Shown: one piece after another, positions 34,780 through 43,765 of the stretch
Layout: each line of letters opens with the position of its first letter
How positions within the stretch are numbered: position 1 is the stretch's first letter
Assembly (NCBI GenBank): GCA_016927755.1
Contig: JAFGLZ010000028.1
Span: forward strand, 464 to 64,463
DNA from: Phycisphaerae bacterium
GTDB lineage: Bacteria; Planctomycetota; Phycisphaerae; UBA1845; JAFGLZ01
Length of the DNA: 64,000 nucleotides
Reading direction: 5' to 3'
Made by a program: the position numbers and the translations under genes
Notes under the pieces: model-generated
What the model saw: the letters and a program-made list of their open reading frames with translations, nothing else
Told to the model about the DNA's origin: nothing
Databases searched by the model: none

Positions 34780-34880
34780 GCCACGGTGGCGCGGCTCAAG
34801 CAATCGGCGCCAAGGGGTCCACGGAACTCTGACGACGCGACTGGAATCGAAAGGCATTCGCACATTCAGGCGACAGCGGG

Positions 34881-36119
34881 TCACGTGTCGTTGTTCGGGG
34901 CCTTGTCCAGCTCGAATGCGGCGTGGACGGCCTGGAGGGCCCTCTCACCGTCGGACTCGCTCACCACGCACGAGACCATGATCTCGCTGGTCGAGATGTT
35001 GTGAATGTTCACCCCCGCCTCGGCCAGCGAACCGAACACGCGAGAGGCCACGCCCGTGTGAGTCCGCATCCCGATCCCAACGACGCTGACCTTCACGACC
35101 CGATCGTCCGTCTCGACGCCGCGCAGCCCCAGTTCCTTGACCAGTTGGTCGGCCACCACCCGGGCTTCGTCCAGATCGGTCTCGGCCACGGTGAACCCGA
35201 TGTTCGCCTGTTGCCGGTCCTCGTAGATGTTCTGGATGATGTCGTCCACCACGATGTTGTGCTGGGCGATCCGAGCGAAGATCCGAGCCGCCATGCCCGG
35301 TTCGTTCGGAACGCCCACTAGAACGACGCTGGCAAGGTCTCGCTTCAACGCCGCGCCGCGCACCACGACGTCTTCCATTCCCTTGGTCTCGGGCATGATC
35401 ATGGTTCCTGGCGTGTCCGTCAGACTGCTGCGAACGTGGATGGGGACGCTGTACTTCCACCCGAACTCGATCGCGCGACTGTGCATCACGCCCGCGCCCA
35501 GGGCGGCCAGCTCGAGCATCTCGTCGTAGGCGATCTGATCGATCTTGCGGGCCTCCGGCACGATCCGAGGATCGGTCGTGTACACGCCGTCAACGTCCGT
35601 GTAGATCTCGCAGGCGTCGGCCTTCAACACCGCCGCCAGTGCCACCGCCGTCGTGTCGGAGCCGCCGCGCCCCAGCGTCGTGATCGCCCCCGTCTCCGTG
35701 ATCCCCTGGAATCCCGCCACGATGACGATCTTGCCCGCGTCGAGGTGCTTGCGGATGCGGTCCGCGTCGATCTGCTTGATTCGGGCCTTGCTGTGCGACG
35801 CGTCGGTGAGCAGGCCCACCTGTCCCCCCGTGAAGCTGATCGCCTCATGACCCGCCGCGTCGATCGCCATGGCCATCAGGGCGATGCTCACCTGCTCGCC
35901 CGTGGTCAGTAGCATGTCCATCTCGCGCCGCGGTGGTTTGGGCGAGACGTCCTTGGCCAGCGCGATCAGCTCATCGGTGGTCTTGCCCATGGCCGAGACG
36001 ACCATCACGACCTGGCTGCCCGATTGCTTGGTGCGAATCGCTCGCCGCGCCGCCCGCTGGATCTTCGTCGCGTCGGCGACGCTCGTACCCCCGAATTTCT
36101 GGACGATCAGCCCCGTCAT
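34881..36119 (-). CDS. lysC: Aspartate kinase
   Basis: IVQKFGGTSV, VVVSAMGKTTDEL and TLGRGGSDTTA, plus two C-terminal ACT domains. Confidence 0.93.
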   Translation of the reverse strand: MTGLIVQKFGGTSVADATKIQRAARRAIRTKQSGSQVVMVVSAMGKTTDELIALAKDVSPKPPRREMDMLLTTGEQVSIALMAMAIDAAGHEAISFTGGQVGLLTDASHSKARIKQIDADRIRKHLDAGKIVIVAGFQGITETGAITTLGRGGSDTTAVALAAVLKADACEIYTDVDGVYTTDPRIVPEARKIDQIAYDEMLELAALGAGVMHSRAIEFGWKYSVPIHVRSSLTDTPGTMIMPETKGMEDVVVRGAALKRDLASVVLVGVPNEPGMAARIFARIAQHNIVVDDIIQNIYEDRQQANIGFTVAETDLDEARVVADQLVKELGLRGVETDDRVVKVSVVGIGMRTHTGVASRVFGSLAEAGVNIHNISTSEIMVSCVVSESDGERALQAVHAAFELDKAPNNDT

Positions 36120-36129
36120 CGCACGCGCC

Positions 36130-36804
36130 TCAGGTCTCGGTCGGGGGGCGCGCCTGCGTCTGCTCCACGACGACCTCGAATCGGTCGAGGCCGAGTTGCC
36201 GCGCCGTCGATCGTACGCTTCTCATTATCTCGTCCCGCCCCGGCCCCGTCGCGTCGGTCTTGACGATCCAGGCCACGAGGGGACGCTCCTGGCCGCGAGC
36301 TTGACGCAGCTCGATCAGTTGCTTCATCATGAGCAGAACGCGCTCGCCGCCGCGCGCGTCGCCGCGACTTGTTCGATCACAGACGAACTGTACCTCGCCG
36401 AAGGGGCCCGACAGCACTCGATCGATCGAGGGCATGCCCACCACGCCGCCCCCGTCGGTTCGAAGCACCAGTTGCCAGCCGGGAGCCGCCCCCGCCACCC
36501 CGCGAAAGCACTGCCACGCGAGCTCACTCGGCAGCGCCCCCTTGGCCGCCTCGAAACCCATCAGAATTGGCAGCTCCGACCACTGATGAACCGCCGGATC
36601 AAGCCAGCCCGGCGGGTTCCACGATTTAGGGAGGCAGTGTCCATGATCCGATTGGAACCAGATCTCGCACGGCGGAGTATCCTCCTGGCCGCCATGAATC
36701 GTCCGAGTTCCGTCCGGTCCGACCATCCACAACCCGTGAGGCCCCGGCGGGCGCCGCGTCGCCCCCACCGCCCTGCGGGCCTCGTCGATCGTTTCCGGCT
36801 CCAT
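36130..36804 (-). CDS. Hypothetical protein immediately upstream of lysC
   Basis: GGGAGGG upstream of the ATG at 36804. GC-rich third codon positions. Its stop lies 10 nt before the lysC ATG. I recognise no motif. Confidence 0.5.
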   Translation of the reverse strand: MEPETIDEARRAVGATRRPPGPHGLWMVGPDGTRTIHGGQEDTPPCEIWFQSDHGHCLPKSWNPPGWLDPAVHQWSELPILMGFEAAKGALPSELAWQCFRGVAGAAPGWQLVLRTDGGGVVGMPSIDRVLSGPFGEVQFVCDRTSRGDARGGERVLLMMKQLIELRQARGQERPLVAWIVKTDATGPGRDEIMRSVRSTARQLGLDRFEVVVEQTQARPPTET

Positions 36805-37210
36805 TGGCTCGCCCTCCCACGTTCCGGAAGCTCTAACGTGCCCAAATGGTAACCGCCTTCCGCGCCCTGCGTCAAAGGACAACCTACCTCAACTTGCCGA
36901 GCGACGAGGTCTGGCCCGGAAGTCTGAGGCCTCAGCCCCATGGTGACCTGCTCCAGACACTTCCCGGGAGTACGTCGACCCCCTTCTTCAAACCGGGAAT
37001 CGACGTCAAACGCCACAGCCAAACTCAACCGAGGATACTGTCCGCACCGCCCCAAAGCATCATGGCGAGGATAGGAATGAAGATAGTCGCAATCGCGGCT
37101 CGTGTCTGGTTGTCTGACGGAAAGGGTTTCCCACATGCACGCCGCAACGGAACAAGTCCGCGGCACCCCCCGGAATCCGGTGCATTTCCGCGCATTTCGG
37201 CGCACTCCGG

Positions 37211-37235
37211 GACATTGTGCGACATTGTGCGACAT
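37211..37235. repeat. 10-bp direct repeat, GACATTGTGC x2.5
   Basis: Seen directly in the sequence. It is preceded by the related GCATTTCCGCGCATTTCGGCGCA. It sits in the intergenic region between the S8 peptidase stop and the 36804 gene. Confidence 0.6.
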
Positions 37236-37272
37236 CGCCCCCCTGGCGTCAGGCACGCCCACTATAAGACTC

Positions 37273-37302
37273 GGGGCAGGTGACCAGGTCGTCACCTGCC
37301 CC
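37273..37302 (-). terminator. Perfect 12-bp hairpin 30 nt after the S8 peptidase stop
   Basis: GGGGCAGGTGAC-CAGGTC-GTCACCTGCCCC. The U-tract that follows on the minus strand is poor (GAGUCUUAUAGU). Confidence 0.4.
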
Positions 37303-37332
37303 GATATGAGAATACGCCGGCACCGGATACCG

Positions 37333-39633
37333 CTAGCCCGGGAGCGTCGGCTCTCGCGAGATCCGCTGCAAGAGCCTTTGCTCTCCTGCGGCCGATTCTC
37401 TCGCCGTGGCAAGGGATTCGGCCTCGGGGGTAGGTGTCGGCGTTGGCGGCGACCTCAACAGGGCCACCCGGGCGATGTCCGGTCGCTCGACGATGGTGGG
37501 ATCGCAGACCGCCAGTTCGGTGCGGTAGTGCCGCTGTCGCTTCGCGTCGGTGTAGGTGATGGTTCGCAGGACGAACGTGCCCGGCCTCGGGTCTCGTGAC
37601 TCCGACGCAGTGGGGTCCATTGCGTACTCGCGCTGAACCGTCCCGTCGCGGTCGAGCAACCAGAGCCTTGCGGCCCCGAGGGCGGCGGGACGCTCCGGCG
37701 CCTCGCCGAGATCCCAGTACCGCAAGCGGCTGTCGACGAGTCTGCCCTCGCCCCACTCGAACGTCTCCATCTGGAGACCCCTTGCGGGCATCGGCGGCAT
37801 CGCCTCGCGGATCCGCATTCGCTCACCCGCCATGGCGATCTCCTCGGCGGGGCGCGTGGCTTGGGCCAACGCGATCGCCCGCGCCACGGCGCGCCGAGCG
37901 TTGACCTTTCCCGAGCCGAACAGCAGCGACCTGCCGTTGACGAACTCGCCCGAGAGGCCCTGGAGGTTCGGATCGTTCTCCAGGTCCAGTCGGATGTCCA
38001 GGTCGCGATCGGCGGTGGCCATCAGAATCTGGCGGACCTCCTCGGCCGTCAGGTCCGGGTTGACCGACAGCATCAGGGCAACCGTCCCCGTGACGACAGG
38101 AGAGGCGCCGCTCGTGCCGCCGAAGCTCTCGGTATAGAAGTCCTCGCGGAAGCTCAAGGTGGTCGGATCGTCCCGGTACGGGAGGAATCGCTGGCCGTGC
38201 CCGGGTCGATTCGAGGCCGCGATTTGTCCGAGTCCGCGGTAGTTGGCCAGGAATCGGTTTCGGATCTCGTCGTTGACGCCCGGGCCGACGAACCTCTGGA
38301 TGTAGTGTGTGTTGTTTGAGGGCGCCACGACCGTGATGTGCGGACCCCAGTTCGAGTAGCCGCTCTTACGCTTCAGCGACGACATGGCCCCGACGACGAT
38401 GACGCCTCGCGTCAGCGGATAGCCCGAGTAGACGTCCGTGCCGGGCGGGAGCACCCGGATCCCGCCATCGGAGTAGAAGGCGACGCCGCTCTTGTTGTCC
38501 TTCCCACGAAGCAGCGTGGGGGCGTCGTCGTTGCCGGCGCTCATGACGATGATCAGGCCCTTGGCCCTGCGCCCGCCGTGAAGGGTCAGTCGCGTGAGCT
38601 CCTGGCGGAACCCGGGGTCGAGGACATCGAACGGCATCGGCGGCGTGCCGAAGCTGCAGTTCACGACGTCGGCGTATCGGGACGCGTATCGAAAGACGTC
38701 GAGCATGTCGACTTGCCGCGCGAGCGGCCCGAATGTGATCCGGATGGGTAGGAACGTGCAGCCGGGCGCCACCCCCACCATCCCCGGACCGCGGATCGAG
38801 CTGAGGGCGATGCTGGCCACGCACGTTCCGTGGTAGTCCGTTCGTTCGGCACTCGGATCGTCATCTCCCATGGGGACGAAGTCCAGCTTGGCCGGGTGAA
38901 TGCGGACGTCGTGGAACGCCGGATGCCCCAAGTCGAAACCGTCATCGATCACCGCGATGACGACGTCCGGGTCGCCCGTCGTCGTTTGCCACGCCTCCAA
39001 CGCGTCGATGCCCGCGTCCGGCGCCAGGTCGGAGTGGGTCATCATGTCTCCCGACAGGTACCACTGGCGCCTGAAGAAGACGGGCAAGTCGGCGGGAAAG
39101 GGTTGGTGCATCTCGACGGGAACGAGCACCTGGGGCGAGCAGGATTCGACGCCGTCGCGCAGGGCGATGGCGTTGGCCGTCTTGAGTGGGTTTCGACCGG
39201 TGGCGTCGGTGAGTCGCAGGACGTGCGTGTCGCCCATCCGTCCCTCGGCGACGAGGTGGTAGTCTCGCAGAATGGCCTCGAGCTCATCCGGGTCCTCGTT
39301 GCGCAGGTGAAGGAAGATACGGTCGTCGATGAGGATCTCGTCACCCGTCTCCGGAACGAGATAGACGTGGTGTACCACGCGCTCGCGACGAACCTGGTGC
39401 ATCATTCCGTCGCGATCCGTGGCCGTGACGCGCGTCAGGTTGTCCGACATACGCTCCGTCGGCAGGTCCGACCTTCGGACCGCCTCGGGCAAACGCGAGG
39501 AAGGCGCGATCACCGTGAAGTCCGTGGGGTGTTTCTCGAGTCGAAGGCGCTTGCCGTTGAGGTCAATGTAGTTCCCTCCATCCGAGGCTGGGACCCCACC
39601 GCCTGGGTTCATCGCATCGGGTCCGTTGGACAT
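37333..39633 (-). CDS. Subtilisin-like S8 serine peptidase without a recognisable signal peptide
   Basis: AAGGAG upstream of the ATG. Catalytic triad contexts VIAVIDDGFD, DYHGTCVAS and SFGGTSGASP. There is an N-terminal propeptide-like region of about 200 aa and an unassigned C-terminal extension of about 160 aa. Confidence 0.85.
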   Translation of the reverse strand: MSNGPDAMNPGGGVPASDGGNYIDLNGKRLRLEKHPTDFTVIAPSSRLPEAVRRSDLPTERMSDNLTRVTATDRDGMMHQVRRERVVHHVYLVPETGDEILIDDRIFLHLRNEDPDELEAILRDYHLVAEGRMGDTHVLRLTDATGRNPLKTANAIALRDGVESCSPQVLVPVEMHQPFPADLPVFFRRQWYLSGDMMTHSDLAPDAGIDALEAWQTTTGDPDVVIAVIDDGFDLGHPAFHDVRIHPAKLDFVPMGDDDPSAERTDYHGTCVASIALSSIRGPGMVGVAPGCTFLPIRITFGPLARQVDMLDVFRYASRYADVVNCSFGTPPMPFDVLDPGFRQELTRLTLHGGRRAKGLIIVMSAGNDDAPTLLRGKDNKSGVAFYSDGGIRVLPPGTDVYSGYPLTRGVIVVGAMSSLKRKSGYSNWGPHITVVAPSNNTHYIQRFVGPGVNDEIRNRFLANYRGLGQIAASNRPGHGQRFLPYRDDPTTLSFREDFYTESFGGTSGASPVVTGTVALMLSVNPDLTAEEVRQILMATADRDLDIRLDLENDPNLQGLSGEFVNGRSLLFGSGKVNARRAVARAIALAQATRPAEEIAMAGERMRIREAMPPMPARGLQMETFEWGEGRLVDSRLRYWDLGEAPERPAALGAARLWLLDRDGTVQREYAMDPTASESRDPRPGTFVLRTITYTDAKRQRHYRTELAVCDPTIVERPDIARVALLRSPPTPTPTPEAESLATARESAAGEQRLLQRISREPTLPG

Positions 39634-40220
39634 GGTCTGGCTCCTTATGGATCAAGGACAGGGGACGCGACGCCGGTCCGGGAGATCAGCAAAGTTGGGT
39701 GCGTGCGGAAGGCCCGCGCGCGACCGGGATTCGATGGCGACGGCTATCGAACAAGGGCGCCAAGCGGAACCTGTCTCTCCCTAGCCTCTCGGGCGCGAGG
39801 GCAGCGGAGGCATCCACGGCGGGTCGCGCGAAACTGGCCGACGCCATGCCCAGGTTTGCTTGCCCCATTGATATGGGAAATCAACTACCGGCACCGCCCC
39901 GGCGCTCGGGGAGGAAGGAACTGTGTTGCCGGTCCGGCTTCCAAAATGCCCTGCGACCGGGTCGCATGCCAACTCGTGGCCCGACCGCGGGCCGACCCGG
40001 TTGCGATCTCCGTTGCCCGGTCGCCAATAGAGCCTTCTGTATCTCTATTCTGTCACACGAATGGTAATCAGTCGAATTTTCGCCTCGATTTGTTGAACGA
40101 ATACCCAACGGACATCTGGGAGGACATCCGCGCGCGGGTAGCTTGGGCTCCCGCCGTAACCACGGCCCCACCAGGGCCAACGCGAGAACGGGGCACGCCT
40201 GGAGCGGCCGGACGTCCTCC

Positions 40221-42008
40221 TTAGAGCTCCGACTCGGGTCGTCCGATCCCCTTCGGCTCGGCGTTGATCTCGGCGGTCTCCTTCCCCTGGAGCATGAACG
40301 TGGCTTGGATGGTCTTGTCGGCGCACAGATCGTTGAGCACCTCGACGATCTGCGAGTAGGTCAGCCCGAGCCCCTTGTAGTTGCCCTCGGCGTTCTTGGT
40401 CGGCGGGTTGCCGAGCGATTTGATCAGGCTGGCCACGTCCGTGTTGCAGTAGATGGGCGGGCTGAGCCGACGAGTCAGCGGAGCGCGGCGGACGAGCTTC
40501 AGGTGCTTGTCGCCGATGGTGGCCGTGATGATGAGGTCGTCGGACCGGTGCGTGTAGAACACCGGCGTCTGGCATCGGAGTCCCACGCCAAAGAGCGCGA
40601 TCCGCTGCGACTCGGACCGACGAGCCGAAACGAGGTAACCGCTTCGCGACGGGATGACGTCCACGGCGAAGCCTCCCTTGTCGCCGACCAGGAAGGATTG
40701 GATCGTCGGATCCTGTTGCCGAAGAAGGGCCTTGTAGGCTAGCTGACGGATTTGCTGGTCGTTCACCTCCAGGAGCGGCCGGAGAACCATGACGCATCGC
40801 GTGAGATTGACCGCCCGGCCCAACTCCTCGATCGCTACCTCCCGAAAGGCGCTCTCCGGATCGTTGACGTGTCGAGCCATCACGTTGATGGCCAGGTCGT
40901 CGTTCATCCGCAGGCCTGCTCGGGCCGCGAAGTAGCTCACGTCCGGCTTCTCATGCGTGTAGAGCTTTCGGATCGCCGGCATCGAGGTCTTGCCCAGTCC
41001 CTCCCAAGCGAGAGAGATGTCGGCGAGTCGCGCTTCGGCCTGGACGGCCTCCTCGCACAGCTCTCGAAGCCGCATGTCGAAGAACGACGGCGTCGAGGGG
41101 ACGTACAAGTGCATGAGCAGATTGAGGAAATGCGGCTCCGACCCGATCCACGCCTTGGGGATCCGCAGGTCGATGGCGTGGGGGTTCATCGCGTCGGCCG
41201 TTTTGTAGGGTTCGACGCCGAACCGGCGGTTGATCAGTTGCATCAGCCGGGACGCCATGGCGGCCGACGGATCGGTCAACACAAGACGAAGCCGTCGGTC
41301 CTTGGTCGCCGTGCCTCCCCCCAGGACGTGCCCGATTCGGGGGTTGGTCTTGGTCGCCGCGTCCTCCTTCAGGCCGAACGGATTGGTGAAGACCTGTCCC
41401 ATGCCCGTGCCGAGGACGCGCCCCTCGACGGGCTTGTCGTCGGCCCATAGCTTGAGATCGCACGGCATGAGCCACCCCCCCTCGAGGCTCCGAACGTCGG
41501 TGCCCTCCAACGCACGGACAGTCAAATCGAACCCCGTGCCTTTCGATGCCGCGGCGGGGATCTCACCTGAGACCACGACGATCGCGGTCTCCTCACTGTC
41601 CACGAGGTTTTCCGGTGAGAGGTGCTCAAGCCCTTCCGAAGCGCCCCCAAGGCGGTATCGTCTTCGCATGTCCTGCAACATGTACTCTCGAATGGGGCGG
41701 GGGCACTGCATCGTGCCGTTCTTTCCCAGTCCCACCACGAGGGCGTAGCCGCCGACGGCCATCTTTCGCATCCCTTCGATCCATGCGTTGGATGCGATGG
41801 TGTCGCGGACCGCCGCGGACTCCTCGGGCTTGGGCTCATCGAGGGTCGCGGTCTCCGCCTCCTCGGGCTTCGATTCCTGCTTGCCGAACCAGGTTGTCTG
41901 GCCGTTCTTGCCGCACCCTTCGAGAGACATGGCAACTAGCATGAGTAGAACGGTGCGGGCGGGTGGCCAAGTAAGCCTTCGGCGCGTGGACATGCTTTGG
42001 TCCTCCAT
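40221..42008 (-). CDS. Lipoprotein with an N-terminal FlgI (flagellar P-ring)-like domain and a helical-repeat C-terminal half
   Basis: Lipobox AMSLEGC. GGYALVVGLGKNGT, AIVVVSGEIPAAASKGTGFDLTVRALEGTDVRSLEGGWL and LVLTDPSAAMASRLMQLINRRFG parallel the conserved FlgI blocks. Confidence 0.6.
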   Translation of the reverse strand: MEDQSMSTRRRLTWPPARTVLLMLVAMSLEGCGKNGQTTWFGKQESKPEEAETATLDEPKPEESAAVRDTIASNAWIEGMRKMAVGGYALVVGLGKNGTMQCPRPIREYMLQDMRRRYRLGGASEGLEHLSPENLVDSEETAIVVVSGEIPAAASKGTGFDLTVRALEGTDVRSLEGGWLMPCDLKLWADDKPVEGRVLGTGMGQVFTNPFGLKEDAATKTNPRIGHVLGGGTATKDRRLRLVLTDPSAAMASRLMQLINRRFGVEPYKTADAMNPHAIDLRIPKAWIGSEPHFLNLLMHLYVPSTPSFFDMRLRELCEEAVQAEARLADISLAWEGLGKTSMPAIRKLYTHEKPDVSYFAARAGLRMNDDLAINVMARHVNDPESAFREVAIEELGRAVNLTRCVMVLRPLLEVNDQQIRQLAYKALLRQQDPTIQSFLVGDKGGFAVDVIPSRSGYLVSARRSESQRIALFGVGLRCQTPVFYTHRSDDLIITATIGDKHLKLVRRAPLTRRLSPPIYCNTDVASLIKSLGNPPTKNAEGNYKGLGLTYSQIVEVLNDLCADKTIQATFMLQGKETAEINAEPKGIGRPESEL

Positions 42009-42096
42009 GACCCTCTCGGCCAGCGCTGTCGGCCCAGAACCCGGGCACGGGCTGGCACAAGTCCTATACGATACGATTGGAGACGCCTCGCTCTCT

Positions 42097-42124
42097 CGTA
42101 TAGAATCGGCTAAACCGATGTCAA
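42097..42124 (-). promoter_or_regulatory. Sigma70-like promoter for the FlgI-like gene
   Basis: On the minus strand: TTGACA, 16-nt spacer, TATACG, about 85 nt upstream of the ATG at 42008. Confidence 0.4.
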
Positions 42125-42522
42125 TTCAACATATCCAGCCGCAAATCGTTCGTCAATGGCCTCCCCGGGCCTCCGCGCCCTACCTCAGGCCCCACCTCCT
42201 CGGCAGGGCTGGATCTCGCCAGGGATCCCCGGGGGGGGGCCTGGACCAGAGCCAGCCAGTCTCCTGCTTCGTGAAGGGCCATTCGAGGGGCTGCCAGCGG
42301 CCCTCTTGGTTAGGAAAAACCTTGGTGTAAGTTGCGTTACGGCGAGCGTTCCTCCCCGGCGGCGGCAACGCTGTCGGGGAGCGTTGCAGGGGCTGTTGCA
42401 GGTTCACAGTGGGGCTGAATTCGGCGGCCTGTCGGTTTTCCGTCACTCTCCAAACGTCAAGTGGCACAGGATATTCTGTTAACGAGCGACGTTATTATCG
42501 GTCGCAAATTCGCACTGGCCAT

Positions 42523-42551
42523 TTGGCAGCGAGGCTTTTGGCGTGTATAGT
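42523..42551 (+). promoter_or_regulatory. Sigma70-like promoter for the small Cys-rich ORF
   Basis: TTGGCA, 17-nt spacer, TATAGT, about 85 nt upstream of the ATG at 42639. Confidence 0.5.
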
Positions 42552-42638
42552 TGACTTGGGCAGTTCTGACTCAGATTTCGCTGGGGCTAGTGTCGGGTTC
42601 AGGAAGGGAGGGAAGGCATCAGCGCAAGGAGTGCGTCT

Positions 42639-42863
42639 ATGCTGTCTTTCCAGGAGGCCCGGGAACGGGCGCTGCGCAGAGCCATCGACACGGGAGATTT
42701 GGCGGAGATGGACTTCATCCATGCGGTTCAGGAGGCGGAAGGTTTGGCCCCGTGTTTTGGTCGGATGGAGGGTGCCTGCGAGAGAGTAAGTTGCCGTTGG
42801 CATGATGAGTGTATGGCGCTTCTCGAGGTGCGAGAGGTCGCCGAGGAGCCGATGTTCAGCTAG
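42639..42863 (+). CDS. Small Cys/His-rich hypothetical protein (74 aa)
   Basis: AAGGAG lies 8 nt upstream of the ATG, and the gene has its own promoter. The metal-site-like segment is CFGRMEGACERVSCRWHDEC. Confidence 0.5.
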   Translation: MLSFQEARERALRRAIDTGDLAEMDFIHAVQEAEGLAPCFGRMEGACERVSCRWHDECMALLEVREVAEEPMFS

Positions 42864-42962
42864 ACCGACCCGGGGGATGGGTTGTTCCGGCAGATCCGCG
42901 TCTCATCAGGGCCCACGCGTGGGGGGTGGTGAGTCGCGAGCCATGGGCTATAATCTCCGTCC

Positions 42963-43490
42963 ATGCGAAGCGGCTTGAGCATTGCCTTAAACGTATTCGT
43001 GCCAGGAACGGGCCTGGTTCTGGCAAGACGCGAGCGCTGGGGTACCTCGCTCGCGTTTGTTTTTGCCGTTTTTGGCCAAGTCGTCCTCTTCGGCGGCTGG
43101 ATTACGCCGTCCAGCATCCCGCGATCGATGACGCTGGTAGCGGCCGTAGGTGCCGTGGCGACATGGTTGGTCGCCCAGGGCCTGTTGCTGTCGCGCCTGT
43201 CCGTGCTGAGAGGACCGGCGTTTCCTTCTGACAAGGCCACGCTGCTCCAGTTGGGCAGAGAGGCCCTGGAGGACGGCATCTACGTCAACGCCCGCTTGGC
43301 CATCGAATCGGCGCTGGCGTTGGACGACGAGGATGTCGTGGCGAATGTCCTGTGGGCGCGCCTGATGACGCTGATGGGGCGGTTCAGCGAGGCACGGCGC
43401 GCTTGGCGGCGTGTCCAGCAGCTCGATCCGGGCGGGGACTATCGGCGTGAGGCCGTCGCTGCCCTCCGTCAACTGCCCTCCGAGAGATAG
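42963..43490 (+). CDS. Membrane protein with a C-terminal TPR-like domain
   Basis: Three hydrophobic helices followed by a TPR-like helical segment (ALDDEDVVANVLWARLMTLMGRFSEARRAWRRVQQLDP). TATAAT lies 10 nt before the ATG. Confidence 0.55.
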   Translation: MRSGLSIALNVFVPGTGLVLARRERWGTSLAFVFAVFGQVVLFGGWITPSSIPRSMTLVAAVGAVATWLVAQGLLLSRLSVLRGPAFPSDKATLLQLGREALEDGIYVNARLAIESALALDDEDVVANVLWARLMTLMGRFSEARRAWRRVQQLDPGGDYRREAVAALRQLPSER

Positions 43491-43736
43491 CCTCCGGGCC
43501 AGGCACTGCTTCATTTACTGCTTCCCGCGTCGTTTGTTGCCGATACACCCTATGGATACGGACGGCAGGATTTCGGATCGACGAAGCGGCGCCTCCGTCG
43601 GGCGGGCGGAATCCTTTGGCCCAGAGACGTATTAGGGCAGCGCTGCGCTCATCGCCTCTGGGTTGACCGTCTTGACGCCCGCCCCAGACGCAGTGGCCCT
43701 TGTCGTCTCCGAACCCTCGACTGCTTACGAGCGCGT

Positions 43737-43765
43737 TTGATGCCGCGAACGGTTGGTGCTAGAAT
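43737..43765 (+). promoter_or_regulatory. Near-consensus sigma70-like promoter about 435 nt upstream of clpC
   Basis: TTGATG, 17-nt spacer, TAGAAT. Confidence 0.5.

Noticed and set aside
36805-37330. Possible lysine riboswitch upstream of the lysC unit
   Set aside because: I could not find the conserved L-box core elements on the minus strand. A covariance-model search is still needed to exclude it.
38830-40224. 464-aa + strand ORF
   Set aside because: It is antisense to the S8 peptidase and runs into non-coding spacer. It has no motifs.
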